The position numbers and the translations under genes are program-made. DNA of 64,000 nucleotides, from positions 218-64,217 of the forward strand of contig CAYSGJ010000217.1 in NCBI GenBank assembly GCA_964430705.1, written 5' to 3'. The notes beneath the pieces were generated by a model, which did no database searches, had not been told where the DNA came from, and saw nothing but the letters and a program-made list of their open reading frames with translations. Below, piece after piece: positions 24,626 to 34,687 of the stretch (position 1 is its first letter; each line of letters opens with the position of its first letter). Origin of the DNA: an uncultured Desulfobacterales bacterium. GTDB taxonomy: Bacteria; Desulfobacterota; Desulfobacteria; Desulfobacterales; C00003060.

Positions 24626-26296
24626 TCAAGCCGATTTTTTGGTTACGTATTGCTGTTGGGCGATGGACAAGACGTTGTTGACCAACCAGTACAAGACAAG
24701 TCCCGATGGGAAATTGATAAAAATGAACGTAAAGAAAATGGGCATGAACATCATCATCTTGGCTTGTGCCGGATCCCCGGGAGGCGGGGACATCTTTTGT
24801 TGCAGGAACATGGAGGCTCCCATAATAAGGGTCAACACCGGGATGCCATACGGCGGAGCCATCAACGGTACCGTGAAGGCAAATTCAAACAAGCGATCCG
24901 GAGCAGAAAGGTCATTGATCCACCCAAAAAAGGGGGCATGTCTAAGCTCAATGGCCTGATACAACATTTTGTAGAAAGCAAAAAATACCGGGATTTGCAG
25001 AATCATGGGCAGACACCCCCCGAGGGGGTTCACCTTGTAGACTTTATATAGATTCATCAACTCCTGATTCATCATTTTCTTGTCGTTTTTATATTTGGCT
25101 CGAATTTCCGCCATCTTGGGTTGGAGCTTTTTCATTTGGCTCATGGATTCATAACTTTTATTGCTTAACGGCCAAAACAGAAGCTTAACCAAAATCGTAA
25201 TAAAAATGATGGCTATGCCGTAATTTGGGACGACTTTGTAGATAGCGTTCATGGCATACAGGAGAGGTTTCGCCAGAATGTCAAAAAAACCAAAGTCCAG
25301 CATTTTACCGAGGTTTGAATCAACACTGCGTAACGCGCCAAGGCTCTTTGGACCGTAGTAGAGTTTGTATTGATAGGTTCTTTCCGTGTTCGAAGCCACA
25401 GGCCCGGCGGGATCCACATAAGCCACTTGCAACACATCATTTGAATCAAGGCTGGCAACAAAGCTTGCCTGTTCAAGTGTTTCCGGAATGATGGCGTTGG
25501 CAAAGTACTGATCCTCTATGGCCATCCAGGAGATCACTCCGGAATGGGCCCCTTTTTCGGCGATTTTCTTTCGCTTAATTTCTCGGAGTTCTCCATCCAC
25601 AAAGGCTGCAGGGCCTGAGAAAGTATATCTTGACGCATCGGTTTCCTTGAAGCTGTTTCTCAAGGCCACGGTGAGGTTGTCCTGTAACGTGTGTCCGGAA
25701 AGATTTCTTACCCTAACGTCCAATCCGATTTGATAGGTGTTTGGGCTGAAAGTATAGGTTTTGATTATGGTTATGCCATGAGGCGATGTCCAAGAAAATT
25801 GCACGGCTTTTGCTTGCCGAGAAGCATCGATCAAGTCGGCTTCTTCCTTTGTGCGAAAGGCGCTTGTCCGTAACAGGTCGGAGCTTTCGCCGGAAAAGGA
25901 AATAAGGGGCGTATATTCTCCCCGGGTCGTTGGAAGCTGAACGAGGTTTTTCATGGGGGCGGCGGGGGAGAGGGTTTCTTTGTATTCCTTCAGTTGGAAC
26001 GTCTTGAAAGCGGCTTTTGGTTCAAAGATCGTTACGACATACAGGTCCGTGGACACAGTGATATTGCGGGCTGGGCCGATATCCGGAATTGCCTGTGCCG
26101 CTTCTACGGGGCGAAGCGTCTCAGATGGCGCCTGCTCCAATACCTTGACTTGGTCAGCGTGCCCTTCTAATGTTTCTGTTTGGTGGTCAGGCGATACTCG
26201 GTGACTTTCCGGCTTTTTGTGAAACAGCACCTGATATACAAAGAAAATGGCAAATGATAGCACGATGGCCGCCAATAACCGAAGTTCCATAGACAT
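24626..26296 (-). CDS. yidC: membrane protein insertase YidC
   Basis: 556 aa with a large periplasmic domain. The C-terminal conserved core reads GCLPMILQIPVFFAFY...NFPSGLVLYW. Confidence 0.95.
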   Translation of the reverse strand: MSMELRLLAAIVLSFAIFFVYQVLFHKKPESHRVSPDHQTETLEGHADQVKVLEQAPSETLRPVEAAQAIPDIGPARNITVSTDLYVVTIFEPKAAFKTFQLKEYKETLSPAAPMKNLVQLPTTRGEYTPLISFSGESSDLLRTSAFRTKEEADLIDASRQAKAVQFSWTSPHGITIIKTYTFSPNTYQIGLDVRVRNLSGHTLQDNLTVALRNSFKETDASRYTFSGPAAFVDGELREIKRKKIAEKGAHSGVISWMAIEDQYFANAIIPETLEQASFVASLDSNDVLQVAYVDPAGPVASNTERTYQYKLYYGPKSLGALRSVDSNLGKMLDFGFFDILAKPLLYAMNAIYKVVPNYGIAIIFITILVKLLFWPLSNKSYESMSQMKKLQPKMAEIRAKYKNDKKMMNQELMNLYKVYKVNPLGGCLPMILQIPVFFAFYKMLYQAIELRHAPFFGWINDLSAPDRLFEFAFTVPLMAPPYGIPVLTLIMGASMFLQQKMSPPPGDPAQAKMMMFMPIFFTFIFINFPSGLVLYWLVNNVLSIAQQQYVTKKSA

Positions 26297-26369
26297 GGAC
26301 TATTTCTCCCTGGTGAAAACGGATAAAATGGTGAGTCGATTAGACTCTTAACGCCTTTAGGCGGCAAAT

Positions 26370-26600
26370 TTAGGGCACAGGATCAAAACCGCCGGGATGA
26401 AAGGGGTGGCATCGCAAAAGCCTTCTTACAGCCATGAGGGTGCCCCTGCACGCACCATGACGCTGAATTGCTTCGTATGCGTACTGAGAGCATGTTGGGT
26501 GGAAGCGACAAGCTGGCGAGAATATAGGAGAAAGGATATATTGATAGAATCTAATGAGTACCAACGACAGCCTCATTTTTACAATCCTTTGAAATCTCAC
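26370..26600 (-). CDS. yidD: membrane protein insertion efficiency factor YidD
   Basis: [31 protein letters not shown]. An alternative start lies at 26576. Confidence 0.9.
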   Translation of the reverse strand: MRFQRIVKMRLSLVLIRFYQYILSPIFSPACRFHPTCSQYAYEAIQRHGACRGTLMAVRRLLRCHPFHPGGFDPVP

Positions 26601-26928
26601 TAAAAAAATGCCCCAGTGTCTGGTTGATCTGCTGAGACGATAAGCGAGCAGCTCCTGGTTTCGCTATGAAATTCAAGTCGTACGCACTTTCAATTCGGGC
26701 TTTATGCAAGCGAAAATACTCTCGCACCAGACGCTTAATCCGATTGCGTATTACAGCACCCCCCACTTTTTTGCTTACCGTGATGCCCAAGCGCAGGTTT
26801 CCCAGGCCATTCCTTAAGTAGTTGAGAACAAAATGCTTGCGATGGATTCTATGGCCCTTTTTGAACAAGCTTACAAATTCCGATCTTTTTAAGATGCGTT
26901 CTGATTTTTTAAAGGAAAAAGCGCTCAA
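26551..26928 (-). CDS. rnpA: ribonuclease P protein component
   Basis: [25 protein letters not shown] (RNR motif), located downstream of rpmH. Confidence 0.92.
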   Translation of the reverse strand: MSAFSFKKSERILKRSEFVSLFKKGHRIHRKHFVLNYLRNGLGNLRLGITVSKKVGGAVIRNRIKRLVREYFRLHKARIESAYDLNFIAKPGAARLSSQQINQTLGHFFSEISKDCKNEAVVGTH

Positions 26929-26944
26929 GCTTCATGAACTCCTC

Positions 26945-27079
26945 TTACGCTGTCAATCGTTTCCTTCCCTTGGCCCGCCGTCGGCTCACGATTTTTCTGC
27001 CTTGTTTGGTTGACATTCTTTTCCTGAATCCATGGGTTCTGGCTCTTTTGATTCTGCTTGGCTGAAAGGTTCGTTTCAT
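26945..27079 (-). CDS. rpmH: 50S ribosomal protein L34
   Basis: Translated by hand as [44 protein letters not shown]. Absent from the ORF track because it is only 44 aa. Confidence 0.95.
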   Translation of the reverse strand: MKRTFQPSRIKRARTHGFRKRMSTKQGRKIVSRRRAKGRKRLTA

Positions 27080-27254
27080 AATATTCGTTCCCTTTGTTTA
27101 GTGGGTGTCATTTTTCGCCTGATTATATGCTCATAAACTTGATTAAAAACCACAGAATGCGGGTTTTGTCAAACAATTAATCAAATTAACGCGCCTTTTC
27201 ACGCGCGCGAAACGCAGCCGCCGAACTACAATCCAATTCCGGGCGCAGACACCC

Positions 27255-28988
27255 TCACGGATGTCGGTCAACGGCATCCATGAAATCCGCTTTCTTTTTC
27301 TGGTTTCCCAAGGCGTCGAAACACTGGGCCATACAGTGTCGCGCGCGAGGCGACCCCTCGAACTTACGGAGACATTGCAAGGCATCTTTAAATTTTCCGA
27401 GATTCATTAAGGTAACGCCCAGGCAAAGATTGAGCTCCTCACTATAGGGAAAATGCCGAATGCCTTCCTCGAGAAGCTTTTCGGCCCGGATGAAGTCACC
27501 GGTCTGTTGCATGAGCAGGCCCAACCCCAAATAAGCGCGGTGGTCAGGCGCATAATCTAACGCCATCTTGAACAGTTTTGCGGCCGTCTGTTTCTTGTTT
27601 TTGATTGCCGGGACCATGGCGTAGTCGCCGTGGCTGAAAGTCAGACCAAGTCTGGAGCAAAAGTCGGCGTGCCGTTTAAAAAATTCTTTGTTGTCGATAA
27701 GTGTTAAGGAACTTACGAAAAGTGGCAGGTTGTCATATACGGCTTGCCGGATCTTTTGCCCAAAGGCCGCGACCCGTTTTTCGGTCATGGTGGGATCGAG
27801 CTCAAAGTAACAGATTCCTTCTATCCGTTTCAGCCATATATCATCTGTAAAGTGGCATTTCCGTTGATAATCGTGGTAAAGTCCGGTGCCGGGGTAGATT
27901 TCAAGGATATAAGGAATACAGATAAATGGCTTGATTTCTTTGATTAAGTCAATGGTTTCCTCAATGGTTTCCTCTGTTTCTCCTGGTGAGCCATAAATGA
28001 AATAGGCCCTTGCCAAAAGTCCGTATGTATACGTAAGGGCAAAGGCTTTTTTGATGTGCTTTGTTTTCAGGGGCTTGCCCAGAAGTTTTCTGATTTTTTC
28101 TGATCCGCTTTCTACGCCGTAGCTGATCTGAATGCACCCTGCTTTTCGCATCCAACACAGCATATCCTCGTTGACGTGGTCGACTCGGGAAATAGCAAAC
28201 CAAGAAATAACGAGCCCTTTTTCCAAGATCTTTTTACAAATGTCTATGACTCTTTCGGGCTTGGCGGTAAAGGTGTCGTCGGAGACATAGAAAAAAGCCA
28301 CGCCCTTTGTGTTGAGAATTTCCAGTTCCCGGACAAAATTTTCGGCAGAACGAAATCTGACCCGATGCTTCCAAAACCGAGGGCTGCCACAAAACGTGCA
28401 TTTTCCCGGACAACCCCGGGAACTGACAACGTGCTGATATGTAAAATATTTGGCTGGAATAGGCAGTTCATCCAGGTTGTTGATCAACCGCGCGGGTTGT
28501 GTTTTCGTAATTTTTCCCCCTTTCCTAAAGGCGATGCCATCGATGCCCGCAAGGTGCTTGTAGTCGGCCTTTTCGATCAACTGAACCAAGTTGAGAAAGG
28601 TATATTCGCCTTCGCCCAAAACGACAAAGTCCACTTCCGGGAAGTGGCGCAGAAAGTGTTCCCAAAGAAACGTGGCGGCCACTCCGCCAAACACGATCTT
28701 AATGTTGCGGTCGATTTGCTTGGCTATCCCGGCAATCTCTATGCCGCCCCAACGGTTGGCATTGAAGATGGTGAATCCAATGATGTTAGGGCGTTTTTCT
28801 CGAATCGTGGCGGCGATTTTTTCCGGTGTTCTATGAATGTCGAACCAGTTGAAAACCTCGACGTCATAGCCCTTTTCCTTCAGCACGGCGGCCACATAAT
28901 ACATCCCTATGGGTGCTGTGCTGATGTCTTCTTCGTATGCCTTGCTTCGGTCAAAAAGCGGGTATGGGTAGATAAGCAAGATCTTCAT
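27255..28988 (-). CDS. B12-binding radical SAM enzyme with C-terminal TPR repeats
   Basis: Cobalamin-binding N-domain (MKILLIYPYP...GYDVEV...GGVAATF); CX3CX2C motif (CPGKCTFC); C-terminal TPR-like YLGLGLLMQQTGDFIRAEKLLEEGI...LGKFKDALQCL. Start placed at the internal ATG at 28988. Confidence 0.85.
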   Translation of the reverse strand: MKILLIYPYPLFDRSKAYEEDISTAPIGMYYVAAVLKEKGYDVEVFNWFDIHRTPEKIAATIREKRPNIIGFTIFNANRWGGIEIAGIAKQIDRNIKIVFGGVAATFLWEHFLRHFPEVDFVVLGEGEYTFLNLVQLIEKADYKHLAGIDGIAFRKGGKITKTQPARLINNLDELPIPAKYFTYQHVVSSRGCPGKCTFCGSPRFWKHRVRFRSAENFVRELEILNTKGVAFFYVSDDTFTAKPERVIDICKKILEKGLVISWFAISRVDHVNEDMLCWMRKAGCIQISYGVESGSEKIRKLLGKPLKTKHIKKAFALTYTYGLLARAYFIYGSPGETEETIEETIDLIKEIKPFICIPYILEIYPGTGLYHDYQRKCHFTDDIWLKRIEGICYFELDPTMTEKRVAAFGQKIRQAVYDNLPLFVSSLTLIDNKEFFKRHADFCSRLGLTFSHGDYAMVPAIKNKKQTAAKLFKMALDYAPDHRAYLGLGLLMQQTGDFIRAEKLLEEGIRHFPYSEELNLCLGVTLMNLGKFKDALQCLRKFEGSPRARHCMAQCFDALGNQKKKADFMDAVDRHP

Positions 28989-29337
28989 AAATTCCAGCTT
29001 TCCGGGTCCGCCGGCTTCACCTTTTGGGGCGGAATCGCGGCTTTTTAGAAAAAAAACCGAATGGTTTTTTCCGATGTTCGGTTCGGCCACGGCCCGCAGA
29101 TCACGTCTTGACAACTCGCCGTTCGGTGCATTAATGTGCCAAGCATTTAAACGGGTTGTACCACTTTGTTGCGCAGGGCAAGTAGGGCCGGTCTGCAATC
29201 TGCAAAACAGTCCTGGCGTGCAAAATGAGGACTCGACCGAAAAATCCACCTTGGGATTTAGTAGCACAAGCGATAAGAAATGGCCAACGAGACTCTGTCT
29301 GGAGACAAGCCACCCGATTGGCCGGGAAGAGATCACA

Positions 29338-30663
29338 ATGATGAAAGTTATTAAATATCCGTCGGTTTCTGCAACCAAAAGACTGGATGCCATTGTAAAC
29401 AGGGGCCTGTCGTTCAGAGCCAAAGATGTTCAAGCGGTAAAAAAAATTTTGGCCGATGTCCGAAAGAACAAAGACGAGGCACTGCTTCGCTATATTCATC
29501 GATTCGATGCTCCCAAACTTACAGCGAAGGGAATCAAAGTCTCGAAACAGGAACTGGCTGCGGCCCGCGGGCGCGTTGACCGAAGTTTTTTGAAAAGTCT
29601 CAACAAGGCTGTCCGCAATGTCGAGGCCTTTCACAGACACCAGCTTGAGCGGTCATGGTTTAAAGCGGATGCCCAAGGGACGCTGTTGGGACAGCTTGTC
29701 CGACCGGTGGATGCGGCGGGCGTGTATGTTCCGGGGGGACAAGGAGGAAAAACACCCCTGGTGTCTTCTGTGCTCATGGGGTGTATTCCAGCAAAGATTG
29801 CAGGTGTGCGGGACGTTTGCATAACCACGCCTCCGACCAAGAGTGGCGCGGTCAACCCCCACCTTCTCATAGCAGCCCAGAAAGTGGGGGTGGACACTAT
29901 CTACAAGGCAGGAAGTGCGTGGGGCATTGCAGCGCTTGCCTATGGCACCGAGACGGTGAAACGCGTTGACGTTATTGCCGGCCCGGGCAATGTGTATGTG
30001 GCTCTGGCGAAAAACCTGGTGTCCGGGACCGTCGGGATCGACATGGTGGCCGGCCCGAGCGAGGTTTTGGTGATTGCGGACCACAAGGCAAAGGCTTCTT
30101 ATATCGCAGCGGACATGCTATCTCAGGCAGAGCACGATCCGCTGGCTTCGGCCATTTTGGTCACTCCATCGCAGGAGCTAGCCGGGGCGGTATCCGACGC
30201 CCTGCAGACGCAGCTGCAGGCGCTTTCGCGCAGAGGCCTTGCGGAGGCTTCGTTGAAATCATACGGAGCGTTGATCGTCGTGCCCGATCTTGCCCACGCC
30301 TTTGCGTTGGCCAACCGGATTGCCCCGGAACACCTGGAACTGCACCTGGAAGAACCCATGGAATACCTTGCTCTTGTTCGCAATGCAGGGGCCGTGTTTC
30401 TTGGAGCGTACACGCCTGAACCGGTCGGGGACTACATGGCCGGGCCAAACCACATATTGCCGACAGCCGGAACGGCCCGGTTTGCCTCGGCCCTGTCTGT
30501 TGAGCATTTCACAAAAAAAATCAGTATTGTCTACTATGGGCAACAGGCTTTCAAAAAAGACATGGCGGATATTATCCGCCTGGCGGAAATCGAGGGCCTA
30601 TCAGCCCATGCCGAAGCGGTAAGGATAAGAAAGAAAACAAATTCGGCAAACCCGGATCGCTAG
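29338..30663 (+). CDS. hisD: histidinol dehydrogenase
   Basis: The full-length HisD pattern is present (AGPSEVLVIAD...SQAEHD...APEHLEL...GDYMAGPNHILPT). Start at ATG 29338, since the track start at 29074 lies inside the divergent promoter region. Confidence 0.93.
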   Translation: MMKVIKYPSVSATKRLDAIVNRGLSFRAKDVQAVKKILADVRKNKDEALLRYIHRFDAPKLTAKGIKVSKQELAAARGRVDRSFLKSLNKAVRNVEAFHRHQLERSWFKADAQGTLLGQLVRPVDAAGVYVPGGQGGKTPLVSSVLMGCIPAKIAGVRDVCITTPPTKSGAVNPHLLIAAQKVGVDTIYKAGSAWGIAALAYGTETVKRVDVIAGPGNVYVALAKNLVSGTVGIDMVAGPSEVLVIADHKAKASYIAADMLSQAEHDPLASAILVTPSQELAGAVSDALQTQLQALSRRGLAEASLKSYGALIVVPDLAHAFALANRIAPEHLELHLEEPMEYLALVRNAGAVFLGAYTPEPVGDYMAGPNHILPTAGTARFASALSVEHFTKKISIVYYGQQAFKKDMADIIRLAEIEGLSAHAEAVRIRKKTNSANPDR

Positions 30664-30818
30664 AACAGGGTGTAGACAAATGGGGCCAGTGCAGACCCTT
30701 CGGTAAGAAGGATTAGGGCCGACAGTGCGACCAACAAAATAATAATCGGGGCAAGCCAGTACTTTTTTCTGTACCTCAAAAATTCCCAGAATTCGGCCAG
30801 GATTCCAATCTTGCTCAT
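30660..30818 (-). CDS. DUF5989-like small membrane protein (52 aa)
   Basis: Hand translation: MSKIGILAEFWEFLRYRKKYWLAPIIILLVALSALILLTEGSALAPFVYTLF. It matches the conserved pattern EFWxFLxxRKKxWLxPII...APFIYTLF as I remember it. Absent from the ORF track. Confidence 0.7.
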   Translation of the reverse strand: MSKIGILAEFWEFLRYRKKYWLAPIIILLVALSALILLTEGSALAPFVYTLF

Positions 30819-30833
30819 ACTTGCACCTTGATT

Positions 30834-32270
30834 CTATTCAAAAACCATATCTTTTTCTATCCGTGTTCCGTTGGGAATCAAAACCTGCCGGTCTGAATGG
30901 TTGGCAATGACGACCTCATTTTCTATTGTAATGTTTCGCCCAAAGGCCACGTCGCCCCGTATCGTTAATGAACGACACGCAGACAGCGATGGTGCGCCAC
31001 GGGAAAAGCGGGCCTGCAATTGGTCGATTCCTTTATAAAACCTGCTGTCGAGCTCGACGATGGGTGGGCCCAAATCCCTTTTCGGGTTCAAGATGATCCG
31101 ATAATCATCGGCGAGCACGTAGGCATCTGACCAGAGGGCAAGTAGATCCTGACTCTTTTTGACCGGCAAAAATCTATTTCGGGGAACCCGAACGGCCGTA
31201 CCATTGTCAAAAACGGAAATCGCGGAGCCCATGGCTGTTTCCAACTGATAAACCGGTGGCGAAGTATCGTCTTTGGGGTCTAAGGTTTTGGGGTTTCTGA
31301 TCATCGACAGGGGAATAAGGTTGTTGTTGGCTTCAAGCAACGGCTGCAATGCGGGCAGGTTGACCCAGATGTTGTTCGTGTTGAAGTATTGAAAAACGCG
31401 GATATTTTGAAAGGCCTGCCGTTCATCTTCCGGGCACTGGGCGATTTCCCTGAGCGTGAGGCGCCCGCTCTTTAGCCGGGCCAAATGCCCGCCCTTGCTG
31501 TCGGCCGGAGTTCGATCGGCCACTTCCATCATGAAAGGGAATTCGTTTTTTGCAAAATAGCCCAAAATAGCCTCGTCTATCACCCCCCCAAGGTTGTCAA
31601 CATTGGAGACAAAGGCGTAGCGTATGCCTCGGTCCAGAAGAATCCGAAGCATCCCGGATGTTACCAAGGCCGTGTAGAGATCTCCGTGGCCGGGAGGATT
31701 CCACTCCAACGCCGGATCGGCCGGCCATGTCGCGGGTTTTAGACCCTCCTGTAATACCTTGGGAAACTTGTGCTGTAAAAAGGTAAGGGGAATGTTTTCA
31801 ACGGACAGCGCGGGGTATGCGGAAAGGGCATCCAGCGTCTGCGCTTCGGTGTTGAAGCTGTTCATAAATACCAGGGGAAGCCGAGTGCCAAGCCTTTCTC
31901 GCAATGACAGAATACGCTTTACTATGATATCCAAAAAGGTGAGGGAGCCCTCGATTTCCAACAACGATTTGGCGCCGGACAACGCCATGCTTGTGCCGAG
32001 ACCGCCGTTTAACTTGATAATAACCGTTTTTTCAAAGGCTTTTCTACCGGCTTGTTCCAGGCCCGAAAGTTTTTCCACATCGGCAATCTCACCCGGCTCC
32101 AAAGGGACAATGTCCGCCCCGGAGATCTTTCCCGTGTCTCCATCTACAAGCCGGCCGAAATAGTAACGAAAGGCAGCCACCACAAGGGGGTTGAGCCCCT
32201 CTTGCCTCATTTTCTCTGCAAAGGGCTTAAAGAGTGCTTCCAGATCGTCACGTCTAAAATTCATGGCCAT
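30834..32270 (-). CDS. UTP--glucose-1-phosphate uridylyltransferase, UDPGP (eukaryote-like) family
   Basis: KLNGGLGTSMALSGAKS, NPPGHGDLY and SNVDNLGG motifs. Confidence 0.85.
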   Translation of the reverse strand: MAMNFRRDDLEALFKPFAEKMRQEGLNPLVVAAFRYYFGRLVDGDTGKISGADIVPLEPGEIADVEKLSGLEQAGRKAFEKTVIIKLNGGLGTSMALSGAKSLLEIEGSLTFLDIIVKRILSLRERLGTRLPLVFMNSFNTEAQTLDALSAYPALSVENIPLTFLQHKFPKVLQEGLKPATWPADPALEWNPPGHGDLYTALVTSGMLRILLDRGIRYAFVSNVDNLGGVIDEAILGYFAKNEFPFMMEVADRTPADSKGGHLARLKSGRLTLREIAQCPEDERQAFQNIRVFQYFNTNNIWVNLPALQPLLEANNNLIPLSMIRNPKTLDPKDDTSPPVYQLETAMGSAISVFDNGTAVRVPRNRFLPVKKSQDLLALWSDAYVLADDYRIILNPKRDLGPPIVELDSRFYKGIDQLQARFSRGAPSLSACRSLTIRGDVAFGRNITIENEVVIANHSDRQVLIPNGTRIEKDMVFE

Positions 32271-32282
32271 TCATCCCATTTC

Positions 32283-32840
32283 CTACCCGGAGGTTGGAGG
32301 CAACCCCCCTCCTGTTAAGTGAGCCAAAACACCGGAAGCAACGATATATATCATGATTGTTAATAAGATGGCCAAGAAGGCCTGCGATCCTCTTATAGAA
32401 AACACACAACTAAGTCCCACGCCTATGAGATAAAGACGGTAAAACTCAAGAACCATACCTACCAGCGGTATCCACGAAAACAAGGCAACAGCCGCGCTAT
32501 AGGCATTTACACGAAACGCCATTTCATAGGTTCCTTGCACCTTGAAGAGCCGGGTGATTATAAAAAAAAGAATGGCTGCGGTTATCAGCGGGAACGCCAT
32601 TCCATATAACAGACTGGGCGCCGCCATCGCCGGATTGCCGCGCAGAAGTGCGGCCAGCAAGGTCTGGACAAGGACGCAAGACCCCAAGAACAGAAAAGGG
32701 TTTCGTATTCCGCCCTGCCGTTTCATGCCGTGAAAGAAGTGTTTGGGGTTGAGCAAAACGAATTTTGATGTCTCGATAAAGCTGGCGAGGAAACGCTGGG
32801 GATCGAAGTCCGCAATGCTCTGAGGTTCAGGCAAATTCAT
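32283..32840 (-). CDS. Yip1-family integral membrane protein
   Basis: 185 aa from the internal ATG at 32840, with five predicted hydrophobic helices after an N-terminal cytosolic segment. The longer track ORF overlaps the upstream gene. Confidence 0.65.
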   Translation of the reverse strand: MNLPEPQSIADFDPQRFLASFIETSKFVLLNPKHFFHGMKRQGGIRNPFLFLGSCVLVQTLLAALLRGNPAMAAPSLLYGMAFPLITAAILFFIITRLFKVQGTYEMAFRVNAYSAAVALFSWIPLVGMVLEFYRLYLIGVGLSCVFSIRGSQAFLAILLTIMIYIVASGVLAHLTGGGLPPTSG

Positions 32841-32848
32841 GGCGCTGC

Positions 32849-33496
32849 TTATGCCGCGGGAAAGTCGGCAATATAAGGGTTGTGTGTCTTTTCGTAATCG
32901 ACCGTAGACGAAGGCCGAGGTCCATAGTCGTGACCAGGCCAAATAACCGTGTCTTGCGGCAGTGTAAGAATCTTTTGGCGGATGGAACGCATCAGCGTTT
33001 CCATGGAACCGCCGGGAAAATCGGTTCTCCCCACCGCTCCCACAAAAAGGGTGTCTCCTGTAAAAAGGTTGCCGTTTCCAAGCAGACAAATACCTCCAGG
33101 GGTGTGCCCCGGTGTGTGGATCACTGTCAGGGTCTCTTTGCCAAAAGCGATGGTGTCTCCGTCTCTCACTTCAACGTCGGCCGGCGGCGAGGGATCAAAG
33201 CCCATTTGCCTGCCCATAGCCTGTCCTTGAGGCGTGTTAAAAAACCGGTTGTCGTCAGCATGCATGTAGATCTTTGCGCCGGTAAGTGCTACGAGTTTGC
33301 CGTTGCCGCATGTATGATCCGGGTGTCCATGGGTGTTGACTACAACCTCAACGGTGATTCCCAAACGACCGGCTGTCTCAATAATGTGGTTTTCGTCTCC
33401 TGCCGGATCAATAACCAGGCCTTTGCCGGTTGCCCCGCATCCGAGAAGATAACAAAAAACTTCCATGAATCCGACTTTAATCTGTTCAATAATCAT
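32849..33496 (-). CDS. MBL-fold metallo-hydrolase (glyoxalase II-like)
   Basis: THGHPDHTCG metal motif plus the downstream H and D ligands. An alternative start at 33514 overlaps the ilvE stop codon (ATGA). Confidence 0.88.
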   Translation of the reverse strand: MIIEQIKVGFMEVFCYLLGCGATGKGLVIDPAGDENHIIETAGRLGITVEVVVNTHGHPDHTCGNGKLVALTGAKIYMHADDNRFFNTPQGQAMGRQMGFDPSPPADVEVRDGDTIAFGKETLTVIHTPGHTPGGICLLGNGNLFTGDTLFVGAVGRTDFPGGSMETLMRSIRQKILTLPQDTVIWPGHDYGPRPSSTVDYEKTHNPYIADFPAA

Positions 33497-33510
33497 TGTG
33501 CCGCGAGACC

Positions 33511-34590
33511 TCATCCGTCATAGGTTTCTTCCAGAGGAACCGTCCATCCGAAGGGATCTTCCTCCCGTCCATATTGAATATCCGTGATAGCGTCATAGAG
33601 CTTTTGGGCAACAGGTCCGACCTTGCCGTCACCGATGGTAATAACGTTTTTTTTCCAGGCCAGATGGCTGACAGGCGAAATCACGGCTGCTGTGCCCGAG
33701 CCGAAGATCTCTTGAAGCGTTCCATTCTCGTGGGCTTTCAGGATTTCTTCTATAGCAACGGGTTTTTCCGCTGTAGAAAATCCCCAATGTTTGGCCAAGG
33801 CAAGTACTGAATCGCGCGTGATTCCCGGAAGGATGCTGCCGCCAAGCGGCGGCGTAACGATTTGGTTGTCGATGACAAAGAAAATATTCATGGTGCCTAC
33901 TTCTTCAACAAACCGTTGTTCCACGGCGTCAAGCCACAACACTTGGGTATAGCCGGCGTTTTTTGCCACCTCTGCGCCAAGTAGGCTGGCCGCATAATTA
34001 GCGGGGGTTTTGGCCTCGCCCAGGCCACCGCGCACCGCGCGGACATATTGGTCTGTCACCCAAATCTTGACCGGGTTGAATCCTTCAGGATAGTAGGCCC
34101 CGACAGGGGACAGGATAATAAAAAAACGATAGGTATACGATGGCCGCACACCCAAATAGGGGTCCATGGCCACAACCGTGGGGCGGATATACAAGGACGT
34201 TTCCGGGACCTTTGGCACCCAGTGCTTTTCAACAGTAACCAGTTTTTTGATAGCTTCCAACGCGAACATCTCGTTTACTTCCGGGATACAAACACATCGC
34301 GCTGAGTGATTGAGTCGGGATACGTTTCGTTCCGGTCGAAACAGCTGGATTCTGCCCTTGCTTGTTCGATATGCTTTCAGGCCTTCAAAGATCGCCTGGC
34401 CATAATGCAAAACCATGGTGGCCGGGTCCATCAATATCGGGCCGTATGGTTCGATACGGGGGTCATGCCAGCCTTTTTCCGGCGTGTAGTCTACATTAAA
34501 CATGTGATCCGTGAAGATCTGTCCAAACCCCAATTGCCCATCTTCAGGCAGGCGCCTCGGTTTGTCCACCCGCTCGATCCTTATTTCCAT
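33511..34590 (-). CDS. ilvE: branched-chain-amino-acid aminotransferase
   Basis: 359 aa of the class IV aminotransferase pattern (long IlvE form), with GLKAYR, EAKTPANYAASLL and GITRDSV. Confidence 0.9.
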   Translation of the reverse strand: MEIRIERVDKPRRLPEDGQLGFGQIFTDHMFNVDYTPEKGWHDPRIEPYGPILMDPATMVLHYGQAIFEGLKAYRTSKGRIQLFRPERNVSRLNHSARCVCIPEVNEMFALEAIKKLVTVEKHWVPKVPETSLYIRPTVVAMDPYLGVRPSYTYRFFIILSPVGAYYPEGFNPVKIWVTDQYVRAVRGGLGEAKTPANYAASLLGAEVAKNAGYTQVLWLDAVEQRFVEEVGTMNIFFVIDNQIVTPPLGGSILPGITRDSVLALAKHWGFSTAEKPVAIEEILKAHENGTLQEIFGSGTAAVISPVSHLAWKKNVITIGDGKVGPVAQKLYDAITDIQYGREEDPFGWTVPLEETYDG

Positions 34591-34687
34591 GGTTGCTATT
34601 TTCTCCCTTTTTTAACGGCGCCGTGAAAATTTCGTCGTTTTTTTGCCGGATTTTATCATCAACTAAAAACAGCTTTTTCCCGTGCCG

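Noticed and set aside
27080-27254. oriC or a DnaA-box cluster upstream of rpmH
   Set aside because: No TTATCCACA-like 9-mers and no AT-rich unwinding element were seen. The region is short and contains only promoter-like and hairpin sequences.
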